Notes under the pieces: model-generated | Told to the model about the DNA's origin: nothing | Seen by the model: only the letters and a program-made list of their open reading frames with translations | The model's database searches: none | In this document: positions 13,237 through 26,700 of the stretch, piece after piece | Layout of the letters: each line of letters opens with the position of its first letter | How positions within the stretch are numbered: the first letter of the stretch is position 1 | Source of the DNA: Chrysomallon squamiferum | Taxonomy: Eukaryota; Animalia; Mollusca | Assembly (NCBI GenBank): GCA_012295275.1 | Contig: CM022672.1 | Location: forward strand, 25,234,001-25,298,000 | Length of the DNA: 64,000 nt | Reading direction: 5' to 3' | Made by a program: the position numbers and the translations under genes

Positions 13237-13499
13237 TTCGAAACCGCGCACAAATTTACTTCATCCTGTGAAATAACACATCGCGTATAAAAACAATCCA
13301 GTGAGTGTCACACATACATCCGAAGCGGCCTCCATTCGGAACACCACTTGTTTTCATTCAGTACACTACATCTCTCCCGCTACAGAAATAAATCCACGTC
13401 TGCCCTGTCGAGCAGCGCACACAAAACTGACAGCAAAAGCGATACGCCAGTCTACTCGTTGTAGCGCCCTCTCTCGCGAGTTGATAACAGCACCCGTCA

Positions 13500-13550
13500 C
13501 TCGCCACTGCTGACAGCTTTAAAAAGACTATTTCGTGCCGTGACGTCACA
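13500..13550 (-). promoter_or_regulatory. Candidate proximal promoter of the LRR-Ig gene: perfect CRE plus TATA-like element
   Basis: Palindromic TGACGTCA at 13541-13548, about 16 bp upstream (minus strand) of TTTTTAAA at about 13518-13525, within a CpG-rich stretch 13300-13560. Confidence 0.45.
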
Positions 13551-14152
13551 TCTCTTCCTCAAATCAATTCCATTGGTTTCCTTTTGTCACCTGTTTCAGG
13601 AGAGAAAAAAAAAAAAAAAAAAAAGAAAAAGAGTACAATATGAAAAAGATTCGAGTGGTATTGCGAAAGGAAATATGGACACGCTGATATGGTAAAAATA
13701 TACACACAAAGACGGCCTCTGCTTGACGTGATCGATAACTGACTCACAGAGTAGCTTGCATTTAGCAAACATTCTGCGTTGACATGTGTATCCAGCGCCA
13801 TAATGTGTCCGCGAATGAACCACAGCAAAATAAATATACGCAATTTGAACAGTGCAAATATATACCTTTAAATGGCGCCAGGTAATGGATGGTGCTTTGT
13901 CGAAATATTAGGACTTTCCTTTGTTAGCGACAAGTGCATTTAGAATTCACAACACGTTTTCAGTCTACTGCCATAATGATATGATTCGATCTGTAAATCA
14001 AGGTAAATAGAAGTTAATGCAGAATAATTACAGTATTCTGAAAACACGCGAATTTGGATTTAATTTTAAATTTAAATGTTCATTTAATTACAAGTAGACC
14101 TATTCGTTTTAGAATGTTCTCTTTATGGTGTTTTATTTTAGTATAGCTTCTT

Positions 14153-14153
14153 T

Positions 14154-14202
<49 letters not shown>

Positions 14203-14255
14203 GCTTCTGCTACCTCTACTACTACTGCTGCTGCTACTATTACTACAGTAGCTAA
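14153..14255. repeat. (TAC)n microsatellite with degenerate extension
   Basis: Directly visible. Confidence 0.95.
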
Positions 14256-15887
14256 TAATAATAAATAACACTTTACATTACATTTGTTGTTCACAGCATT
14301 ACTCGGAAAATAATCATTTTTATTAATTATTAAATACATATCGCTTTACAATTAACAAAGGAATTCCTTTTTTCCCACTTTATAGTATTATGTGTAATCA
14401 TACAACTGTGGACAGAAAAATCAGTCTGGGATCATTTCCTTTGTTCCATTGTGTAACAGTGTTTATTTATGTATTGTGTATACTGAAATATTAATTTTAG
14501 CTGATTAACTACCTGTCATTTGATCTGACATTGACAAACAAAAACAAAACAATAACAAAAAAAGAGAAAAAGACAACAACATATACAGATCCTACATCCT
14601 ACACCCGCACTCACCCACACCCACACAAACACACCCACACGAAAGAAAAAAAAAAAAGAAACAACTATAAACATATCCAACATATACAGAGACAGACACA
14701 CACACAAACACACATCACACACACATACAATTATATGCCTTATCAACAGAAACGTAGAAGCACTTTCATTAAAATCATATTCCAATAAATCTAAATATAA
14801 AATTACTACTATTTTTTACAATATTGTAAATGAACACACTTCAGATAGCGTTAGCTTAAATGAAGAGTTTTGGAGGACAATTGTATCATTACATTTCCTT
14901 TTTTCTTCTTACATTTACTCACTAAACTGTTAGCTTTTCTGGGATAAAATCATAACAACACACTAACGCGCCACGGTTTACTTTAAAGATTTAGGTGTAT
15001 ATCTACCCCCCTCCCCACCCCACCCCACCCCCTCCAACCACAACGTGCACCCCAAGGCAGTATTACAGAAAAGCAAACAAAACAGAGAAATAAAAAAGCT
15101 TAAGAAAGTCCGCGATTCAAAAGGCGCCTATCTGCGACACACGATGACACTGGACTATTCTGAGCTGACACGCGGTAATTCATGGATTCACACGATTTGT
15201 GGAGACAGATCTCGACGATGTTACGGCCATTATGCGAGAAATATTTTAATAAAGTTATGCCCAGGGTTCACACAGGTACACAGGTGAATTCTGAATGCAA
15301 GCAAATGGTTTGACGATTGTGTAAATGTCATTCCAAGTATAATGCTTTTTAAAAAGAGCTTTTGTGACATATTGGGTGGCGTCATTTCGTTCCGCCGGGC
15401 TCCTCTCAACAACCTTTATGATATTAATATAAACAAACACAAAGGTGGTTTAGATTTTTTTCGTTAACGTATCACCGAAGTCGTAAGTGCATTGTGTAAG
15501 AATCATGCGTCGTACAATACAGATACAGGTTAGAGGTATAAAAGATACACTTTTTAATTACACTGGTATGATATTGCTGTTAAGGACCTGGTGGCGTACA
15601 TCTTTTCACAAATGTAATACAATTATGTTTCTACATTCTTCAACAGTTAGTCATCTTCCTTATTAGGACAAATCAAAAGATGTAAAAATATGTTTTAACC
15701 AAACACTAACAAAACAGTGAATGTGAAGTTTATTTTCAAGATGAACTGATCAAGATTTTCTATAACACTCTATAATTTTGTTAGTTTTCTCGGGTGAATG
15801 ATTTTGTTCACTAAAATGAGACGTTGAAATCAGATAATAAAATAAAATTAATTATGTTGTACTTGTTAACATATTCCTATTCAAACA

Positions 15888-15940
<53 letters not shown>

Positions 15941-16264
15941 AGAAATATAACAGAGAAAGATAATGAAGATAGGAAGAATGAAAGAGAAAGTGAAAAAAAA
16001 GGGGGGAAATTCAGAGAAGAAAAAAGATGAAAAGTTGAATTAAGCGAGGTAAACAGAAACAAAAACTACAAACTACATTTTATTTGATCTTCAGCCAAAG
16101 CAAAGAAAATGTTCATGGTCATTTGTGCATGTTAACTTTATCTTGGTCTGGCACGGTCCTCCAACTTCCAAGCCAAACATTTGATCCTTGTCCAATTCTC
16201 CCCCTAACATGACATTTTGTTTGAGGTGCGACTTTGTTGAGAAATTCACAGTTTGTCGTGTTTT

Positions 16265-16360
16265 TGTATTTAAGCCGGTTGCCAGGCGACAAGTGTTGCT
16301 CTGACAACAGTGCCAGTGGAGTGACACGCGAACACACTTCCGGTGTGACGTCCACGTGTG
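16265..16360 (-). promoter_or_regulatory. Candidate promoter/enhancer with E-box, CRE-like, ETS, RFX X-box and TATA-like motifs
   Basis: CACGTG 16353-16358; TGACGTC 16346-16352; CCGGAAGT (minus) 16336-16343; GTCGCC-T-GGCAAC (minus) 16278-16290; TTAAATA (minus) 16267-16273; all in a GC/CpG-rich island. Confidence 0.5.
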
Positions 16361-16623
16361 ACAAACCGGCGGAAAATGGCTTAAAGAAGCTTTTTGAAAA
16401 TTACGTGTTACTAATTTTGACACAGAACTGAAATTTGATGGCGATGTTCAAACTAGGATTATGAAGACTTGGTTCATGATGCTTGTATTTTCCGTTCAAA
16501 CATTTTAAGATCTAAGCTGTACAGAAAAACTGTTGAACAATGCTCGAACGCGACACAGACATATACATCTACTACAATACATAAAAGCAAAAACACACAA
16601 ACAAAAAAAGCAACGTGTTTTAG

Positions 16624-16681
<58 letters not shown>

Positions 16682-17652
16682 TTTTTTCGAGGAAAAGTAT
16701 AAATTATAAAATTCGCCTCTCTCTCTCTCTCTCCCAAATGAGCACATGCATAAATATGTATTTGATGATACAAGTTTATGTACATAGAACATGCATAAAT
16801 ACACAAGATACACATAAATACACGAGAGTAGTAAAAGGACTCTCGTTTCTGACCATGACCTCATCCGTCATCTGCTTTCCCTGTTAGAAACGTCACATTT
16901 GACTGAGACAGTATTATTTCGTTAAAACTGAACTCTTCATAATCCGCGATCCACTTCGCCCTGGCACGCCAGGCCCGTGTGTTTACGCACACTGACATTC
17001 TGATTAACGTGGTCGACCACGTGGTGTTGTTTCATTGTGTGTAGGTGATAGATTGAATCATTAATCAACTTATAACGACCGCGTTTGACACCAAAAGTTA
17101 TCAGTAATGGTGGCCCTGACTGATCAAATTAGATTCAAATTTGCTATTGTTGTCTCTTTAGTGAACCAACATTTTTATTTTGGAGAAAGTTTATTTTCGG
17201 TCAAGTTAAAAGTTTATTTAATTTGTATGTGTGTGTGTGTGTATGCATAATATATACATAAATGAAGAAAATACATACGAACAATATAAAATAAGTGAAT
17301 AGTTATGTTAATAAAAGATAGTAATCATGAATTTAAAAAATTTAATAAAAAAAATAAATAAATAAATGATAAAACACATTGATAAGTAAAATAAATGAAA
17401 AGATATTTAAGTTAGGAGAAATAATATTTCAGCGACAAACTAAAGAAAGAGTAGTAGCCCAAAGCAATGTATTCCATTAACTTTACGGCTCTGAAACTAG
17501 TGAACATTATACAAATCCTTTTGATTTATTTATCTCTCAACTAAATCAGCAGTAATGATAATGATGATAATAACAGCGATCAACGTTTAACAATTTGTCG
17601 CATAAGTCATAAGGAAGGTTTTTCGGACAGTAACAAAAACAACATTAAACGC

Positions 17653-17653
<1 letters not shown>

Positions 17654-17704
<51 letters not shown>

Positions 17705-17800
17705 TAATAATAATAATAATAATAATAGTAGTAGTAGTAGAAGTTGTAATAGTAGTAGTAGTAGTAGTAACTGTAATAGTAGTACTAGTAGTAGTAGTAA
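17654..17800. repeat. Compound (AAT)n/(AGT)n microsatellite
   Basis: Directly visible. Confidence 0.95.
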
Positions 17801-18518
17801 TATTTTTATGGTAATATGATGATATACATACATACAAACATATATGTAATTGAGATTTTTGCAAATATTTCAGTGACTAATTCCGTCGTCAGAGGGGGTC
17901 GTATAAAGCAGTGTGTAAGAGAGTTATTTATCACAGGTCTGTCTCAACTGAATAAATACTTTAAAGTGATGAATTGCCACTTCGCTTGATAAACTGACAG
18001 GGGACGAATGTCGTCCAGTATATTAAGATTCTCTTGTTTTTCTACAAAATGTTATCTCGATCGTACACACACCTAAGTAAATCGTACCCCCAGTAAGATC
18101 TCGCCGTTGTCCTAACATTAATTTTAGTCTTTTGATTTGTGAGAGAAAACTAAATAACCAGTAATCAGAAGAAACAAAACGAAATTTAGGGAACGGAGTA
18201 CAACTCGTTTGTTTGAATGCTGGTGTCAAACGCAAATGATTCATTGATTGATTCTACGAAGGAAAGGTATTTGACATTTTGTTTAATGTTTATAAATCAG
18301 GAATAAGGATTAGTTTGTATTTTTGAGACAATTAATAAAGGAAACCTTTATATATAAATACTTTTTTTAATTTTTGCTGTTGTAATTTTTCTGTATGAAT
18401 AAATAAACGAATGCTTAAAATCGCCTAACAAACGAGGACTATATATTGGCTACTGGGTGTAAAAACTGGTGTTCCAATTAAATAAAAATAAATAAATAAA
18501 TAGTGTATAGAGCCGTTT

Positions 18519-18555
<37 letters not shown>

Positions 18556-21500
18556 AACAAAAAAACATTAAAAATATATTTAAAATTGGCATAAAATTTG
18601 GAACCTCTCTAAGAATTTTAAAACCAGCTATGGATTGAAACAAAACAATTCTATCGTACATCTTTCTTAATTGGCTCAGTATTACATTAAGATAGAAAAT
18701 CCTTCTTCAAAGAAGTTAATTTGTGAAACCAGCGGAATGATACCAGAATGACACAAAACAGTTTGAACAGCAGCTCTCCTCCATTAAAGGAAGTTATTAA
18801 AGTTAGATTTAAAATCTGTTTAAAACGCAAACATTCTGTTATGGGTAAAATTCAAGTCAAACATGGTAACTGACAATTTTCGATGTAGGTAAAATCACCT
18901 TTCCATGCTCTAAAAATTTAAATGCTTACCGTTTTACAAATTGGTTCAAGGGAAACAACTTTGTTATCAAACAATTAACGTTTATCAAAATTATTGCCCT
19001 TCCTTCTTAATTTTATTTTATTTTTTAAAATTTTTAATTATGGATACATTTATTATTAGCAATGATTTTTTTTTAAATGTTCTAAAATGAATATTTCCTT
19101 CATGCTATAAAACCTTCACAACTCCATGTAGACTCCCTTTACAAACCTAGTATTAATCAGCTAACATTTTCACATATAATCACCATACAATATAATATGA
19201 AGTTTTTTCTTTTTCTTTTAAATTTTTACCATTCAAAGAAATCAAACTAATTGCAAATACTTCAGAATCTTGAAATTTGGTGAATGCATTCACCACTTGA
19301 TAAAACAAAACAATCTTCCTGACAAGATTTGAAAACAACACAAACTATTTTTGAAATTTGTTTATTTCTATTATGAAACTCAACAGTAAGGTTGCATGTG
19401 GAAAATGAATACTTAATAAAAAAAAAAAAATCAAATAAAATGAAAAAGAAAAAAGCCAATAATAAAAAAATGTACTACTTCAAAACACCCCAAATCCATT
19501 TTACACATTGCAATATAACAAAACCAAAAAGTAACATTCCACAAATTATAAAATAACTTAACAGTTGAAAAGACTCAAGACACAGGTCAAAGAATATCTG
19601 TAGTTATCTGAGCTCTTTTAAAAAACATTACACTGCAACACAGCAGCAATTACAAGGTTAGACATGCTTAAACTGATGAATTTTTGTTATTTCATTACAA
19701 AAACTTAAATGTAAACCATTAAAATAAAACATTAACATTTCAGAACACGATTTGTAACCATAATATTTCAATATAATATAAATATCTTGATGACTTAATA
19801 CACCAAATTATTAACTTGATTTGATTAATTTTAGAAATCTTGTATGAAATTAAAAATGCTTAATTTTATTATTAACAAAATTTAAAACTAAGAAAACAAA
19901 AAACCCATTGATATGAAACATTCAGAAAAAGCTTATAACAATGTTCTGCATAATAAAACATGCAAATCATCACTCGGGTTGTAAAATAATCTGATATATG
20001 TTAACAATCTTAAAAAGGTTACATGATAACCCAATACATTATACATTTTCCCTCAATTTACATAGCATAATTATATCATCATTTTGCTACAGTGGGCCAT
20101 AATATGTATGTACTGTTGAGTGTTAAATAATAGAAACTGCAGAATTAGTATGCTATTTATAAAAATCAGAGCTAATATTTTATTAACACTGCTCTGAGAG
20201 ATCTAGGTAATAGGAAATATTGAACTGATTTATTTAATAAAAATGTATGAACAGGTTAATAAGTTTTAAGTATACATTAAAATTCAATTTCAACTGCATA
20301 TTTAATAACAGTAAAGTAACATAACACAAATTAACAATTGTAGGCTAGTGCCTGGTTATCTATGCATCTTATGTCTGGTTTGTGCTACAGAAGTCAATAC
20401 CAGATTTTACTGAGTTTTAAGTCTAGCCTCATTTTGGGCATTTTAAAGAAAAAATAAAATAAAATAAATAAATAATTTTTATGTAAATAAATCAATCAAA
20501 ATAAATATGAAAAGATTTTCCATAATCTCTTGAAAGTTGCTGGTTATTTTTTGCATTGTTATTGCATTTCAAAGAAAGGAAAAAAATAGTCAAAAATGTT
20601 AATTGGGTTTTCCAAATAATCGTGTAACTATTTGAAAATTTATCTAGCTTATGTGTTCACATATAATTAGATCAAATTAGAAACAAATTAGAAAATATGA
20701 ATCATGCAAGTATACATAATAAACCATTTAGGCAATGAAAAACATTACAATTTCAATTACAATTTAAAAGATATTAGATATCCATAATGTAGTAGAATTT
20801 CTTTTCCACATTAAAAAGTTATCTTCTGGTTTCCTTTCAACTATATCCTAACAACCTATTTTTAAGGTGTATTCTTTGTAACATTTTAATATAAATTTAT
20901 ATAAAATAAAAAAATAAATAAATTAAAATAATAAATAAAAAAAGATAATTTTATTTCTATTAAACATTCAATTTGAATCAGTGAAGAAAAGTAAACCCTA
21001 TTTATTCAGTGGCGATCCAGTTTTAGTAATTTTCTGGAATTTTGTCAACTTAATTGTTAATAAAATACAATGCTGTACTAACTAAACTTAAGTATACATG
21101 ATTATATACTGCTTTCTAACAACTTTTTGTGAGAAAAAAGCATTTATGGTTTTGACAAGTTTTTACTTGAAAATATAAAATTAAAAAAACAGAAGTAAAA
21201 ACTAATAAAGTTTAGTGATGTCAAAATTCTGAAGTCACAAATACTAAACAACCACCAAGATCTCTTACACATCTAACCCAGTTCCTCACCATAAAAAAAA
21301 CTGAATAATAAAAAATAAAAAAATCCAGACAAAATGTAGAAAACGGACAATGGGTTGAAATAAACAAAAGTTGAAACAAACAACTGTTAGACTTTAATCT
21401 TACGTGCAATTCGGATATTCATTTACATAAACCACTGCATAATGACAGAATCACTGAATAATGAAATAAACCAATTTAACATACTGCACAGAAAATATTA

Positions 21501-23593
21501 ACTGAAGTTGAAATTTAGCAGCCATAAATGAAGATGAATGACTGGAGAAGTTGACAAATGTCAGTATGACAATGTTTAGTTTTGCCGATTTCATACTCGG
21601 CTGCTATGGGATTATTGTGCTTCATAAATCTTACTGTTTTTTAAAAAATATTTCTTTATTTAAGGCAGTTGCTCTATTATACCCAGTTTATTATCAAATG
21701 GCAAGATTAACGCTAGGAAGATAAACAAATTCCAAAGCAAAAGGATATTATAGAAAAATAATTTACTGGCCAACAAAACCTTTATACGACTAAAATGGAT
21801 TTATTGGCAGCAATTTCAGTAACAAATGTGATGAAAAAGAATTGTATAAATATACAAAAATTATAAAACAAAATAAAAAAACATTAAAATATGCCAAGTG
21901 TTTTTTCCCTTAATGGCATCCATCTCCCTTTACATGGAGTTTGGTTTTAGAAATACTAAATGTATTTCACCGACACATTTCTGAAGTGCACCAAACTCCA
22001 TATAGATTGGTTATTTACTCATACACAAAGTAAACTATGAAAGAACTAATTTGTGCGTTTAGTGAAACATTTTGCTTTTTAAAATACATTCTCAAAATTG
22101 TAAATAGGACTAATCTAGTGACTACAGATCAAACAAGATGAATGTTACATTTGTTCAATCCTCAGCATGTGACAAGTGTGAAATTTTATTTCAGGGGTAG
22201 TAAGCTGTGCTAATCTACATAATTCTAATTTCTTTTTTCCATTTTTATACCACACCTCCACTTGTTAGGCTGAAAAATGCCAAACTGAATACAGGTAACC
22301 AACAATAATTTTGAAAACCTGATTTTGGGAAAACTAAAACATATGAAAACATGTATAACAAAGTATTTATATCTAAATGATAAAACCCTACTTTAAATAA
22401 TGGTTTTTTAACAGAAATGGAAAAATTATGACAGCTGGTTCTGTAGCTGGTATTTGTGTATTAAAAAAAAAAAAAGATAAAAATTATGCTCCAATATTTT
22501 ATGGAAATAAAGGGGACAGCAACATTTAATTATCAGGCTTTCAAAATCAGTTGTAAATAATGGAATTAATACTGGCTAAATTCAGTTGAATAATCTGCAC
22601 CAACCAGGTATCTTTTTTTTCTTAATCATTATGTCAAACATTAAATATATTAAATTCATCAACAGTATAAAACAAAATATATAAAAATATCCCTGTTAGA
22701 AAATATATTATAATAGTGATGTTTAATATGGACCTCTGCTTTACTGGTTTAACTGGAAACACAATTTAAGCAACAATCCTATAATCCTTAATTTTATGAT
22801 TTGTGGACTGCTAAAAAAAAAAAAAAAAAATCCTTATTAAATTAACCAGTGTTTGTAAACATTTATAACACACAAAACATCTTTAAATTCTTTTAAAAAT
22901 AAACAAAAATAAAAATAAACTGAGACTGTTACAATTCTTTCTGCAAACATCCCACAACTCAATTACAACAAAGTCACCAATTTCAAATAAAACGAGAAGC
23001 TAAGAAATCCCATGCAAAAAACTTTACAAATTTAGTTAAAGGCCATTAGTATTAAACAGTGTTAAAATTTTTATTAATGTACTGCTTAGATGGTTAATTT
23101 GTTTGTACATTGACTTTTGTGACCGTACAGAGTAATGTTGGGTTTAAGTCACAATACCAGGGTGGCAAGTTATTCAAATATTCATGTGTTTTGTCACTGA
23201 CTTTCAAATTGATATTCTCATCTTAAAAGCTTGATATGTGGATAAGATATGCCTGGTAGAATACCAAATTTGCCGAGTTTTTTTCAACCTGGGGTCAGAA
23301 TTTTTTTCAAAATCTTTTTTTATTTATTTATTATAAATTCATGCTTGCTTTTTCTGCTGAAAAAGATAAATAGAGTACTTTAGACTTTTCTGTCAAAATC
23401 TCGTAACTGAAAGACATACTGCATGATATTCTTCAATGCCAACTTAAAAATACTGCAACTTAACACTTGATTCAATGTGCAGTGTCACATTTTCAATTAT
23501 GTACCTTCGTTACATATAACAAAAAAATATCTAATTGTTTCAAAGTAGAAATTTTGTTTTAATGTTTTCACATTTCTTGTCGTACTTTGCACA

Positions 23594-23706
23594 TTATCTC
23601 TTTTTTTTCAGTTTCTGTTGTGCTTGTTTCAGGAGCTGATCAAAATCAAGGACGGCACGAGGTTGGGGCTGTGGTGCAAATTCTTCAACAAACTCCGTCT
23701 TCCCAT
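23594..23706 (-). CDS. PPRC1: PGC-1-like terminal coding exon (…LDFDQLLKQAQQKLKKKR*)
   Basis: TTTCAG acceptor, phase 1, TAA at 23594-23596; matches the conserved DFDxLLK C-terminal motif. Confidence 0.93.
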
Positions 23707-26700
23707 CTGAAATGTTGAAGTTTATTATGTTCACTGATATTTTTATTCACATTATTATTCCTAATCCAAAGGTGCAATTTTTAATTCTCAATTTACAAAA
23801 AATGTGAAGTGCACCACAGAACAAAAGTTATCTTGGCTTTGGGTATCAATTAACAGTATATGAATTAAATGTTGATTGACAAGAATATGTAAAATGTTAA
23901 AACAGTGCAAAAATTACATTAAAACAAAATGCCCAGATAAAGTGTGAGATAAAAAGAAGACCATTAATTTAAATTTGCATTGTAAACACATTATTTTCAG
24001 TTTAATAAGGTAACTCACAGTAGTTAGTTGTGTTTTAAAATACAAACTGAAACTTAAAAATAAAATATAATAAAATCTCCATCTATAAAAAGAATGAATT
24101 CACAGCAATTACCCAAATCCTGGTAGTCAACATCACAGAATTCACGACGGCCGCCGAAACAAAGATCAAATTTCTGTTCACCTGGAATGTCATTTCCCTC
24201 TGAGAAAATTTTAAATAAAAGCTTAGTGCAATCATTAAATACATCCTGGCAATAGCAAAATTTATCTTCTATGATGGATATGAAACAATATGAATGAATG
24301 TTCAACACCTAAGCATTTAATGTGTTTATGTATCCCAATCTTAAAGTTCAAATTTCTTTGAAGCATTAACAGTCAGTGTAATTAATCAAAACAAATTTTT
24401 AACTAATCTGCAATCGAAGACCTTCTTCATCTTGATTTGTTGGTTCTGCTGTATTTAGTAGAATAAACTGAATCTTCCTAAAAAGAATTTAAGAAATCAA
24501 AGATGTCACAATAATCTTTTTTAAATTTAAAATTTGTGTACTTTATATTAACTTTTAGGGCTTGTTAAAAACCTTACTTTCAATGGCAGCATAGGCATCA
24601 CAAGTGTAGGCAAATGTCACAAAACCATAGTTGTCCCTGAAAACACATTCAGCAAACTTTGAAATTTCCATGTTTTACAAACTTCAGAAAAACGTATAAT
24701 TCACAGATTAAAAATTATTTTGCTACAATTTTAGTAACTTGTTAAATTCTGAGAAATATTCTGTGTATAAATTTTAACCTCTTTAAGAACCAGATATGCA
24801 TAATGACCATGTTCAACCCATTCAGACTGTTCTTCACACTAACAGCGTGTAAAGTTACTGTACAGGTTGACATTTCTGTACCTCCCAACTACGGAGATCA
24901 CAGTCAGGTTTGTCCTGTGTCTCGGACACTGGAGAGGAAAGATTTCTGTTTTAGAATCTTACTTATATTCTTACTATAATAACTAGGACTGTTGCTTTTT
25001 CTTACTATGAAGCTAATTCTTAGTCCATTACCTATTTTCTCTGAAATGAGTGCTGACACTTTCTATTTCTCCAAATCGAGAAAATCTTGCCCTCAGTTGC
25101 TTTCTTGTGTGTCCATCAGGTATTTTACCAACATAGACAATGCGTCTCTCCTCCTAGTAAGTAACAGTTTAGAACATGTTTTTTAAGTATTTCAACCATG
25201 CTATGTTCTTAAGACAAAAAACTGATGAAATGATGATACTCTGTACAATATAAATTACCACTGATGATTAAAACCATAGATTACACACTAGTAGAATTTA
25301 CAAATAATAAACTTGTGCTTTAAAGACCAATGAAAGTGGTGTAAAAAATGCCAAAGAAAATATCCTTCGTGGCAAAATGCCAATAAAAATAATTATGCTT
25401 GAATAAAATTTGAAAGAAAAAGAAACCTCTGTAACCTAAAATGTATCATGTATGCTGTAGGTTCATTTTAGTACAAATGTACACTTCACTGAATTTAATC
25501 ATTTCTTCTTCTCTCGAACTTTAGTTCAGATATTAAAGCCATTTTGACATGATTCTGTCTGAAATATAAACATTACACTCTTGACCGAGCTAACCTTGTG
25601 TTGTAATAAAAAATAATCTGTTAAAGATATCACAAGGTGTTCAACCCATTCAGACTGTTCTTCACACTAACAGCATGTAAAGTTACTGTACAGGTTGACA
25701 TTTCTGTACCTCCCAACTACGGAGATCACAGTCAGGTTTGTCCTGTGTCTCGGACACTGGAGAGGAAAGAAAATTCCACTTTATAATTAATTTTGTATAT
25801 GTTGCATGTGTGTATGCATGCACAGATATCAATTTGACAAACAGTGGGAACTTTCAAATTTTATAATGCTTTTTCAACTTACAATCTGTTTTCGTTTTTC
25901 TTCTGCTTTTAATCGTTTTCTCTCTCTTCTGTATCTTTCTGTTGAACGAGATCGCGGTGAAGACGAATACCTGAAAATAGAAATTTGTGTTCAAGACAAG
26001 ATTCCCATAACCTGTGAAATTTATTAAATCTATCAAATGGACCTTTCCAGTTTGAAAAACCATACAGAAAAAGAAATTTATTTAAAAAAAAAAAAAAATA
26101 TCTAACAGTATCAGGTTGAAGCTTTTTGTTTCATTTTTTTGTTATGAAATTAAATTATAAAGTTAATCAAATGTTATGTGAAAACCTAAGGACCACAGTT
26201 GTTCATCTAAAAAGAAATTTAGAAAACAAGTTTGGATAATCTGACAGGGCTGTAAGGGCCACAGTAACTGTCCAATTTGGTCCATAACCTGAGAATTACT
26301 TACTGAAAGTTTTACTTACTTAGACAACTTTACCATCAATTATATCGAACAGTGCAAATGATACAATCTGAGAGGTAAATCTCACCTGCTGTCTCTTGAT
26401 GAAGAACGTGAACGTGATCTTGATGAGCTTGATGTACTTGAGTATGACCATGACCTGGGAAAAACAAGGTAATGAATTATAATACCCATTTCAATTTAGA
26501 CTATTAAAACACAGTCCAGGTCTGTCTTCTAGCTGGTAAGTTTGAGACAATTGTTTTTAGTTATGGATGCCAAAACAAATGGCAAATTTGTCAAATGTCA
26601 TTAATAATTAAAAAAAATATTTATTTAAAAACTGTTATCAGTCACAATAAACTATTGCCCAACTATGTAATATGAATTAAGCTATATTACATGATTAATG

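Noticed and set aside
16091-16431. 110-aa and overlapping ORFs
   Set aside because: No protein family signal; the region is better explained by clustered transcription-factor motifs.
23158-23292. Possible hAT-type MITE (CAGGGTGGCAA ... TTCAACCTG)
   Set aside because: Termini are only loosely complementary and there is no target-site duplication.
24400-24477. Possible extra exon between PGC-1-like RRM exons
   Set aside because: It stops after a few codons in the required phase and the flanking exons already join in frame.
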